Assembly: GCA_051530055.1 (NCBI GenBank)
Contig: CM121342.1
Coordinates: 282,797 to 346,796 of the forward strand
DNA length: 64,000 nucleotides
Direction: 5' to 3'
DNA from: Neoechinorhynchus agilis
Lineage: Eukaryota > Animalia > Acanthocephala
A program made the translations under genes and the position numbers. The notes under the pieces are model-generated. The model was not told the DNA's origin, ran no database searches, and was given only the letters and a program-made list of their open reading frames with translations. Position 1 is the stretch's first letter. Each line of letters starts with the position of its first letter. Positions 34,161-44,317 of this stretch are shown here, piece after piece.

Positions 34161-36200
34161 TTGAATGATTGTGCACAAGTTTCCATAGGGGATCAGATGG
34201 AACATTCTATCGACGCATCAAAGTTTAAGCGTCCTGTTAGGAAAGAGGATTTCGTTATCAAAATTCCCAAAGAAGCCATGGGCACTAACTCCCCCTCCTA
34301 TTTCTCGCGTTATTTCTTCGAGAAGTATTTACTGCCGAATGGTCGTGAGAAATATATGAATTTTTTGATCAAGAGGTTCTCTGTGACCAAATTCCACATC
34401 CTTTTTATTTTTTTCGATGCGGCCGGTAAAGACCTCTTTTCTAAGATGCTAGGGGAGTTAAGCATCCAATCTGTTGACCTATCTCGTAGAGTCACCTTTC
34501 TAATGAGGAATCCTCCTCAAGACTTGGATACTACTGATTTTCACAAAATTGAGGATGAGTTAGGTATAAAACTGGTCAAATATCTGTTTAGACCCAACGC
34601 TAGTTCAGCCTACGCCATCCTATGTTCAGCTACTATCAATGCCGCCGAGAGTCTAGCTAACTCCGGCAGGGGTTTTTTCTCATACTGGGTCACTTTTGAC
34701 CGATACAGGGACTCTATCTATGATTATAATTTGACGATATGTCAGAGGTGTTCGAGATGGGGGCACCACGAATATGACTGTGTCTTCCCCTCCAGATGCA
34801 TCTTTTGTGCAGGTCCTCATCACAAATCATCTTGCTCCAATTCTGATGCTGCTACCTGTGCAAACTGTGGCAAGAATCATCCGGCCTTTGCACGTTCTTG
34901 CAAATTCGCGCAAAAATATTTTGACGATTCCATACCATCGAAGCAGCTTCCTAATTTTCTTACTCCTTGTGTAGTTGATAACTATGTTAACATGCTGTGT
35001 TTTCAAGAAACCGGCTTTTCTAAAATGCTTCTCTTCGATAATTATGATTCTCATGTTCTTCTCCCTCGCTCCACATCAACCAATCAGCACATTGGATTTT
35101 CTGGAGGACTTCAAACATTTATTCTTAAATCGCACTCTTCTAAAATTTTATTTCAAACTAAAAATATTTCTTTTGCAATGCAAATTATTTCTTTTAATAA
35201 TCCCTTATATGGAATCTCATCCCTTTTCTCTCCTACTCTTATCCTTTGCAACTTGTATATTCAACCCAGACACGTGGGTATATTTACTAAATCTTTTATG
35301 CATATCCTCCGTTACTGGAATCCTGACTTTATCGTAGGCGACTTCAATAGTAATTTTTTAAATGCTTTTAGGCCCTTTTTTAAGTATCACAATTTTTTGC
35401 TCCCCAAATTTCCTTCTTTTCATAATGTTAAATCTAATAGACATACCTTCTTGGATGGTGCAATTATTAAAAAGTCAATTCCTATTTTATTTTATCCTGC
35501 TTCCCAACTTCAGTCACAGAGATTGTTAGGGCATGACCTTATCCTTTTTAAATCTAATGGCATCGCTCTTAAGGACACTTTCGTTTTTAATCCTCAAAGC
35601 TTTTCAAAATTTAATAATGATCTCCTTTCTTTTATGAACTCTTCCACTTCATCCTCGTTATCTGACTTTAACAATGCCATTTTATCCTCTGTACATAAAA
35701 ATTTAATTACTAAGTCTGTGATCAAGCGACCTCCTGTTTGTCATGAAGCCAACATATTTTATAAAAATGCTGTTATAGCTGACTTGTATGGTAACGCTCC
35801 CCTTAAAAACTTATTTATGAAAAAATTTTACACAGCTAAGTTTTATCATCAAGTTTCGTTGGACAAAAAGAAGCTGATCTCTCTTAAGTCCTTTGGTAAG
35901 GACTTTTGGTCCTGTATTTTGAAAAGAAGACCGGTCTGTTGGAAGGCAAAAGCATCTAACTGGATAGGGTCTATATCTTATCCTGCAGTAATTGAGTCTA
36001 TTTTGATGGCACATACTCTTAGTGCATGTTCTTCTCCTCCACTTCCCATCTTTAATAAAAAGTCCTTTTCGTGGAATTTTGAAGTTGAAGTTTTTCTGAA
36101 GACCTGTAAATCTAACCCCTCTAAAGCGTATAATATAAATGGCACTTCACCCATAATTTTTAGTTCTATTTCTGATAAGGTAAAATCTATCTTCTTCTAA
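34161..36200 (+). CDS. LINE-derived ORF1-APE fusion ORF without reverse transcriptase, 679 codons (first ATG 34197)
   Basis: Three knuckles (CQRCSRWGHHEYDC, CIFCAGPHHKSSC, CANCGKNHPAFARSC) are followed directly by LCFQETG, NLYIQP, IVGDFN, TFLDGAI, GHD. The ORF stops where RT would begin. Confidence 0.85.
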   Translation: MNDCAQVSIGDQMEHSIDASKFKRPVRKEDFVIKIPKEAMGTNSPSYFSRYFFEKYLLPNGREKYMNFLIKRFSVTKFHILFIFFDAAGKDLFSKMLGELSIQSVDLSRRVTFLMRNPPQDLDTTDFHKIEDELGIKLVKYLFRPNASSAYAILCSATINAAESLANSGRGFFSYWVTFDRYRDSIYDYNLTICQRCSRWGHHEYDCVFPSRCIFCAGPHHKSSCSNSDAATCANCGKNHPAFARSCKFAQKYFDDSIPSKQLPNFLTPCVVDNYVNMLCFQETGFSKMLLFDNYDSHVLLPRSTSTNQHIGFSGGLQTFILKSHSSKILFQTKNISFAMQIISFNNPLYGISSLFSPTLILCNLYIQPRHVGIFTKSFMHILRYWNPDFIVGDFNSNFLNAFRPFFKYHNFLLPKFPSFHNVKSNRHTFLDGAIIKKSIPILFYPASQLQSQRLLGHDLILFKSNGIALKDTFVFNPQSFSKFNNDLLSFMNSSTSSSLSDFNNAILSSVHKNLITKSVIKRPPVCHEANIFYKNAVIADLYGNAPLKNLFMKKFYTAKFYHQVSLDKKKLISLKSFGKDFWSCILKRRPVCWKAKASNWIGSISYPAVIESILMAHTLSACSSPPLPIFNKKSFSWNFEVEVFLKTCKSNPSKAYNINGTSPIIFSSISDKVKSIFF

Positions 36201-36374
36201 TTTCAATTTCCCTAATATCAATTTTAGATCGCATTCCAAGATTTTAAGTGTTGATTTCCCCTGTAAAAATCACAGAATTTTTATAAACTCTTCCTTTAAA
36301 AGTCTTCTGACAAAAACAGATATTTTTTCAAAAGAGGCAAAAGGTTATCAATTTCCCCACCTTTTATTTCTAAA

Positions 36375-36830
36375 GTGTTAAAAATATTTCTAGGGGGTTC
36401 AATATGCTTTTTCGCACGAGGCCGGCCCCCAGAAAACAGACTATCATTTTATCTTACTATGCTGAATAAGCTTAGCAGTATTCTTATTAAAAATAATATT
36501 GATACGGAACCCCTTTTTTCCTTTTTAACAAGAATTTTTTTGTCTAAAATTTGGTTTTATTCTTATTGTTATTCTAGCTGTAAATATTTTAATTACAACT
36601 CCTCAATTCTTAGAATCTTTTTCAATAAACCATCTAGTTTTTTACCCATTAATCAAACTAATATACTTAACAGGAATGAGGTAAGTGATTTTCTCATGTT
36701 ATTCTCTTTTTTACAGGATCAGGACAATAAAAGGATTATTATTACTTAAGAATTAAAAGAAGGGTTTTCGAGGCTGCTGTGAGGGGATTTAAGAGATCGT
36801 CCCACAACTCACAGCCATCTTGGGCCCGAG
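36375..36830 (+). mobile_element. LINE C-terminal remnant and 3' UTR stem-loop
   Basis: FFARGRPPENRL. An extended hairpin ggctg..tgtgag gggat...gtccc..ctcacagcc lies near 36772-36816. Confidence 0.65.
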
Positions 36831-37350
36831 ACATATTAGATCAAGCAAGAAAGAGGAATTAAGAGATTGATTGTGTGTATGTTGTATGAGGCGTGAAATA
36901 ATAATAATTCAAGAACAATTTATAAATGATTGCGATGTAGATGTCTCGCTACAATGGTGGAGGTACTGCTGCGGAGTTTATAAATTCGATGATCTTTCAT
37001 GCTGTCTACCTAAACTACCTTTGCCGTTTCGAACCGCAGTTTTAAGAAAAGATTCACACCAGTTTAAAGGTGGTCATTACATTTCCCTTCCTAAAATGCA
37101 TCAATGCACCGTTAACTTTTATTAGAAAAGCGAGTGAAAGTATTTGTTACTATTTTGTTTTCTTAATCTTAAATCTTACACGATTTGTGACTTCTAAATT
37201 CACTATGGATCTCGTGTTAGCCTGTGTTTAAATATTTGTAACCGTCCTCGAAGCGAAAGTGAAAGTGTGACGCACCAATTGCTCACGATATTTAAAAACA
37301 AAACTTTCATCATTTGAAAGAAGTCACCAATCCTCATTTCATTTTCACCG

Positions 37351-38037
37351 ATGTTTTCCTTTGAACGCATTTTTTTAACTGTATTTTATCTTCACCAAAT
37401 TGTCTTCACCTTTTACATTCTAATTCAACGAAAGGCTCGACCGATAGTGTTGCTACTTTATACTATCCTTCCAGTTCAAATCCTTTTGAATTGGATAGAC
37501 GCATCTGCAGAAATCAAACCGGCTGAATTAAAGTCGCCAAGATCACATGAATGCAAAATCTGCAAGGTTAATATTCAAAAAAGATCGCACCATTGCTTTT
37601 TCATTGGTCGCTGCATTGGGCAGGACAATCAAGCTGCATTTATCAAGATGATGTTTTGGGTTTCGATCGGAATCGCATTTGCAAGTTGGGAACAAATTAC
37701 ATTTCTAATTGACGCGGACATCTTCATTCTAAATATTTATAGTAATATCATCTGGCTCTTCGTATGGTTTAGGTGGATCCTCGGAGAAGTCACATTTATG
37801 GTTGCACTTGCGAATTCGTCCATAACAGTAAGTTTATTGTTATGGGTTTTCACAGTTGTCATGGCTTCACTTCAATTGTTCTTGGTATGGAGAGATCAAA
37901 CCCAATTCGAATGGCAAAACGGAATTCCGGGTCCTTTGAGCAACAAACCGATATTGGCCAGGCTTCGATCAGTTTTCGGTGATCGTTTATTGAGGGGTAT
38001 AACGCTTCCATATTGTACTTTCCGTACTCGGGAATAA
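37351..38037 (+). CDS. DHHC-family palmitoyltransferase-like protein, copy 2 (SHHC variant), 228 aa
   Basis: Paralog of 22594-23280, same length, intact ORF. Confidence 0.85.
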   Translation: MFSFERIFLTVFYLHQIVFTFYILIQRKARPIVLLLYTILPVQILLNWIDASAEIKPAELKSPRSHECKICKVNIQKRSHHCFFIGRCIGQDNQAAFIKMMFWVSIGIAFASWEQITFLIDADIFILNIYSNIIWLFVWFRWILGEVTFMVALANSSITVSLLLWVFTVVMASLQLFLVWRDQTQFEWQNGIPGPLSNKPILARLRSVFGDRLLRGITLPYCTFRTRE

Positions 38038-38059
38038 ATCATTTTATCTGATTGCTCTA

Positions 38060-40200
38060 AGCTCTTACGCAACCTCAAATTGAGCCACGAATCAAGCTTG
38101 GCTCACATTTTCAACATTTTTTTTTCACACATAGACATCCTTACAAATTTCCAAAGAAACAGGCTTCGATCATTAAGCTCCGGGGTCAACGTGCGCAACA
38201 CAAGATTTATTCATCATCTTAAACATGTAGATGGAAGCTTAATACAATCATGAAATCCAACGTTCAATACAGAAAACACAGAAGCTCCTCAACTCTCGGG
38301 CCCATGGAAACGGCAGGGAATCTAGGTGTCGGTGAAAATATTCTACAAAAACAGTCTTTTGTTCTGGGGGCGATCTCTTGAGAAAAATACTAGGCCGGGG
38401 ATACCCCAAGTTTTCCAGATAGCTTGAGCTTGCGATGGATTCAAGCCTAGTTTAAACGCTCGTTTATCCATTTTGTTGCCTAATTTGAGAAGTTTTTCAT
38501 ATTATTAATATCAGTTTTGGGGAACAGATTAACTGTAAACGTGTGCCCTAGAATACGTAAATTAAGAGGTGTGTTGACGTTGTCCGCTCTCGTATCCTTC
38601 AAAGGGTTCATCAGATTATTAAAAAGGATTTAAAATCTTTCCGAAGTCGAGATGAACGAACCTTGGAAATGCACATTGATTTGGATAGATTAAGGGACAA
38701 ATTCACACGTGGTAAAATTGCGTTGAGGTAGTCGATGCATTACAGCTCTGTGGGCAGAAATGACAAAAGTTAAATCATCCGCGTAACAGGTGAGCAAAGC
38801 GCGAATTTTGAAATTCTTAACGATATATTGTGATGTTAATAAAAACAGGATCGGGAAAGTGGTGTTCCTTGTGGGACACCATTGATCGGGTAAAAAAGTG
38901 ATTTCGGATCATTATCCTCATAATAAAAAGACTTGGTAAAACGAATATTGTAAATTCGGGAGATCAAATTGTAAGGAACGCCGAAGAACTCCAAGATTTG
39001 GATTATAAAAGACAGGGAGATCTTATCAAATGCCTGAGATAGGTCAACCGCAAGAATGGCTCTCATAGGTGGAGTGGAGTTCGGAAAAGTCGCGTAGATA
39101 TCACCTAGCGCAGAGTGAACTGATTTTCCTTTTTGAAACCCGTGGCAATTGGCTGATATACAGTTATGCTCGTCGTAAAAGGTGATAAAGGGATTCTGTA
39201 AAGAAATCGGGCGAAGGTTCTTTGGCGTCGTGACTGACTTTTTACCTTTTTTGATAAGAAGAATACGCCGCGCCGCGTTGATATCTCGCCAATCATAAGG
39301 AGAGCAGGAGTGAAAAATTGATATGAGACCTTGTGAGGCAGGACTGAATGGAGTAGTGAGGTAGAAAGTTATATAGTTGTTCCAGGGTATAAATACTTTT
39401 CGTTTTCTGCAGAAAGATGATAGAAACACCTGGTAAGAAGCGAGCTAGCTTGGCAAGATTAGTCGCCCCCCACAGTTCTACTATAACACCCGGAAGTCCC
39501 CGACCATTACCTGAGCCTTCGAATAATCAGAATTTTTTGGTGGTTGCATCTGATGAGAGAGCCGCTGTTCCATTGTTGATAAGCGAGGTTTGAGTGTTGA
39601 TGATCCTGGTATGCTCCATGGTCACTAGTTGTGATGAGACCATCATGCCTTGAGACACATTGGCGCCTAAGCTCCTAGAGGTAGAATCTCTTGAGAAAGA
39701 GGCTGTTTGAGACAAGGAAATGGAAATTGCCGAGACAGTGGGGTCGATGCACGAGCCGAGTGCGTGATATAGCATTAGTCTGTCTTTTTTGAGCCTATGA
39801 CCAATACTTCTTGAACTCAGAACATCCTCTATAGAAAACCGAAAGCTTTTCCGTTGCAGTTGGCGCAGCGCTTGATTGATTTGTTCGGGCAGTGCGCAAA
39901 AACGACATTTGGGAGTAGCCGAGTTAGGGCATTGTTGGGCCCAATGTCCCCCCAGATGTAGCATAGGCTGCACTGTGTAAAAATATAGTTATCTTGATGA
40001 CATCCCGATTTTTGTGTGAAACGTATTTCGCAACAATTGAAGGCACAGTACGTCCTCTCACATCGATCATCTCTTACTTGCCTGGAACCTTCCACCATGG
40101 CTATTGAAATCGGACTGCCTGTTTTGCGTGAATCGAGAAAAAACTTAATTTTCACGTTGAAGAGTTTCTCAAACTCTTCCTTATCTTCACGAGCTAAATT
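38060..40200 (-). mobile_element. LINE copy: ORF1 knuckles, APE mostly deleted, RT, C-terminus; degenerate
   Basis: CSLCYIWGHWAQQC and CANCNG; a VGDF remnant near 39500; NLRPISLQN, AVDLSQAFD, GVPQGTPLS; GLVFFSRDRPQN. Confidence 0.85.
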
Positions 40201-40879
40201 CGGTTAAAGTTCGTTTGCTAAGAATTGCACCTTTTGAGTGACAGGTTCGACCTAATATACTTCACGCGGAAGATTGGAGCTAACGAATTCCTTTAGACTG
40301 GACAGGCAATCGTGGTTCATCAAGTAAACTCTTAAGATTCCGCCATAGTAGGTAACATGGTCGATTCATTTGACATCGTCGTTTTTGAATGAACGCGCCC
40401 ATGGAGCAACGCTATGTTCAATATAAATCAATTTTCTGAGTGAATATCGCTAGGTGAAATTAAATCACTTCTTTAGGCATTATCAGGCTCGATTTAATAG
40501 TGAGGATGTGAGGTCATCTGTTGTTTGGATAAACAAAGTATCCATGCTGAAATCCGATTGAAGATGTCGACTGTTGAGGAATTCTTTATTATTTATAATC
40601 CTCCAACAGGAGCTGATAGCTTGGGTTGCTCTTGAGTTGGAGTGCCCGCTGTGGTTTCCCACTCGCTGACTACGGGCCATATAATCGATTTTAACGACGC
40701 ATATGTGTCGGTACGCAATAGGGAGCAAATACTTTCGAGGGAAACAAGACCGATTTTTTCCCTAAAGTCGAGGATACCTCCTAATAAGACAATGAGGTTG
40801 CCGAATTCCTTTTTAGATACCTGACTGAAGAAGTCCAGTGTGATTGGACGAAATATTTCAATTATTCTTTGATATAATC

Positions 40880-43500
40880 TTTTCCCCGCCGCCACATACT
40901 CATGGATTTTATCTTTAACTCAGTATTAAATTTGACATGAGTAAGTTCAAACGTCTACTGAAAACGGCTAAAGCGAAGGCAATAAGAACACGTGACTTAG
41001 GCGTAGATAATCAAGCCACTAAAACTATTTGGACTGCCTGGGCAGTCTCAGGCTTTGTCTTTTATTCAAGAGGACGTCCCCCTGAGCAAAGACCCAACTT
41101 CGTTAGCACCTTCCTAGAGACTCTGAGGAAGACCCAATTCGATTGGAAACACTCAACGCACTGGGCCGACAATACACTCAATTGGACGAACCTGAACAAA
41201 TAGGATAAAGAACCTCAATTGACAGTACCTATGCCTCTTCTGTACCCAAAGGTTCTCTTTGCGAGTAAATCATCCTAGTTATCAATGCAACTGGCTCATT
41301 CACTTTGTGTATGTTTTTGCAACCTAACTTTGCAGCGGAGGGTGACAAACGGCAACCCAATGTTATAAAGGTTCATTTACTCTCGGAATACAGATTACAT
41401 TTGCTCTCTCTCCCTGTGCGGTATACAGAAGTTAAGCCCTGTAGAAGGATGCCCAACTCAAAGGACCTCTTATCCAGTAGACATCTTCAAACGTAAATCG
41501 GAAGGCCTATTTTGCCTATCCCATTAAAAGTTTGCCACATGTATTAACTATCCAGTTCAATCCGGTAATGCATAAACAATCAATGTTATATTAGACCGTT
41601 ACCCTGTTAGTTCGTTCATTCAAAAACCAGGGCGTAAAAAGGATCAATCATCTCACCTATTATGCTGGAACAATGAAGTTCTACTTAACATTCCAAAAAT
41701 AGCTCTCACGCTCTCGCGACTTCCTAAATTCCAAGCTCCCCGAGGAGATTTTCAGTCTTCACAACTTAACATAGAGCTCAGTTCCTCCCCAACGGACTTT
41801 AGCCGAGTATGAGCCTAGAAGACAGGCAGGAGTTTTAATCGCTTTTCACGTTTAAGATCATGTTTTTTTAAATTCTCCGAAATCGGGTCAAGTGATTTCA
41901 ACCGCTATGGTGGTCGCCTCCAGACAATTTCGAGATGATTCATGTTCGCATCCTTAGCACTTCCATTTTTTGTTACAAGAAACGAAAAGTATTCATAATA
42001 TATCTCAATTTTATAATTTACTACCACATTTCAAACTCCACCGAGTATGATTCTTCTACTACCGTTCCTTTTGGACAGGCCCAAACTGGTGCTCAATTGC
42101 TCTCCCTTTGTTTGGAGGGAATGAAATACATCGAGACGAATTTTTCTGATTAAAAACGGTAGAACATCTGTTAATTATTCCAATAACTTTCGTCCTGTGT
42201 TTGACTAAGCTATATTTATTCCAGTTTTAGTAACTCAAGCATATCCATCCGGGTTATTTTAGCCGTTGGCTTGTCTTAAGAATTTGACAAAATAACTCTT
42301 CATTTTATTATGGAAATTCTAGAATTTTTTGCATTCCTTACAATGTTATCTTTAGAATCTATAATATTTTATTCACGAAATCTTTATATTACGATCATGT
42401 CCCCTCAAAGACGTTATTTTATCCTCTGACTAGTGTACCGCAGTGTTCGCCGCTTTCTCCTATTTTATTTCTACTGCCTTCCAAATACCTAACACAAAAT
42501 TTTAAAATTTATGCCTCACTGACATGCTATGCTAATGACGTAACTTTTGTGATTAAAATTCACAGGGTATTTTCCCTTGTTGTCCGGCTTATTTTTAGGC
42601 ATAAAGCCAAACCAATTACATCGGAGAAGTGATATAACCACATAGTCTCTATAATGCACGGTTAAAAGTTTGTACATTCCTCCGGATCCTCAGATACCTC
42701 CAGGGGGCGGGGCTCATCAGTGAGTTTCCTCCTTTCAGCGGTATTTCATCCCCTTTGATGTGCGTCATCGGTGGTAACGGATTCGAACTACTAGACTCCT
42801 AATCGGGATCACGGGTATTGGTCCACTTGACCACCTCGGCACAACTACGGAATTTCAAACTCAGCCAGTTTTTCGACTCAGGGTGCGCGCTGTATTCTAT
42901 TTGAAGTTTTTTACTGGCAAGCCGGTATTGTTTTCATCATCATTAAATTTTAGTTTTTTCCCTTCTTGTCCGGCTTATTTTTGGGCATTACCCTGAAAGG
43001 AGGAAACTCACTGATGAGTCTTGCCTCCTGGAGGTATCTGAGGAACCGGAGGAATGTACAAACTTTTAACCGTGCATTAGAGACTATGTTGTTATATCAC
43101 TTCTCTGATGTAAATGGTTTGGCTTTATGCCTAAAAATAAGCCGGACAAGAAGGGACAAACTAAAATTTAATGATGATAACAATACCGGCTTGCCAGTAA
43201 AAAACTTAAAATTCACAGGGTAACTAAGATACAACTGACCAAACAATGTATTGATTATCTGACTTTATTTTTATTTAAAATGAGCTTATCCCTAAGTCCA
43301 TCCAAAACACAGTGTATTTCTAGAGGCCGCTCCAATCGGCTTCGTAAAGATCTTATGTTCTTCGTCGATAATCTTATGTCCCAAATTTCAATTCCCTAAC
43401 AATTAATTCCAACGGCCCTCACGATTTGCTATCAAGCCGAAATTGGTACAACAACACAGTCTACATCTTATTATAATATTAACACGTTTATTGAAAATAC
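40880..43500 (+). mobile_element. Mosaic of degenerate LINE fragments (C-terminus, then RT) containing copy B of the short element
   Basis: FYSRGRPPEQR in ORF 40937-41203. CYANDVTFVIKIHRV at about 42525-42570 resumes at 43223. Confidence 0.7.
42570..43222. mobile_element. Short tRNA-promoter element, copy B: inverted + forward arms with a 17-bp target-site duplication
   Basis: TTAAAATTCACAGGGTA at 42553-42569 and 43206-43222. The minus arm 42570-42988 spans more than one unit. The forward arm starts taccctgaaagg at about 42989. Confidence 0.9.
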
Positions 43501-43605
43501 AAAGAAAAGTTAGGAGGGCCCATGTATCTTTGAGTCCTTATAAGCATTCAAGTTCATAATTGTTCAAAAAAAGAAAAGTGTATCCGTTAATATGGGAATA
43601 TGCAG

Positions 43606-43710
43606 TCGAGGGATGCCCGTTCGGGAGGTAATATCTAGTCGGAGGGATGCCCATTCGGGTGAGAACTATCCAGTCGGGGATGGTTCGTTCAGGTGATGAT
43701 GCATCAATTC
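43606..43710 (+). repeat. About three degenerate 34-bp tandem repeats (gagggatgcccgttcggg...agtcg)
   Basis: Visible by eye downstream of the stem-loop at 43515-43538. Confidence 0.65.
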
Positions 43711-44317
43711 ACGTCTTATGCATGCCAGAGTACCGTTGACCAATTAAGAATCTCTCACAATCAAAAGTGCCTATACACTTCCAATGAAACATCAATTACT
43801 TAAGCAAATCGCGAATGAATACATTACATTCAAAGAGTTCTCCTGATTGTTTTACAATGAATAGCAAACAAAAAATCGTAAACGGGATCTTAGTCGTAAG
43901 CTGAAAAATAAATTTTTCTTTCAAAATTAGGCTCGGTTATTTGGAAACAACATTGGAAAGCAAAACTCTTTTTAAATTAAAGCGGATTTCTGTGATTGTT
44001 GATAAGCAACGAGTACTCATTGAATAAAAAGTGTATTATATAGATTTAAAGGAACTAAAAATTAAGTTGATAACTAATGTGTTGTTAGGCGTTCATTGTA
44101 CTTTTGTTTGACAACAGATCGCTGTTACAATTGGCGACGATATCAATCCTTCAATCCAGTCGTATTTCAGCAGCAATCTCGTTCAGTGCATGAATAACCA
44201 TCGTAGCCATCACGGTTCATCACCACTTGCTCTGAGTTCGCAATTAAATGAGAAGGCCAAGGAGCGTATTGAAAAGATGATGCACGACCAATATCTAATG
44301 ATCGACAAGGGGGAAAC

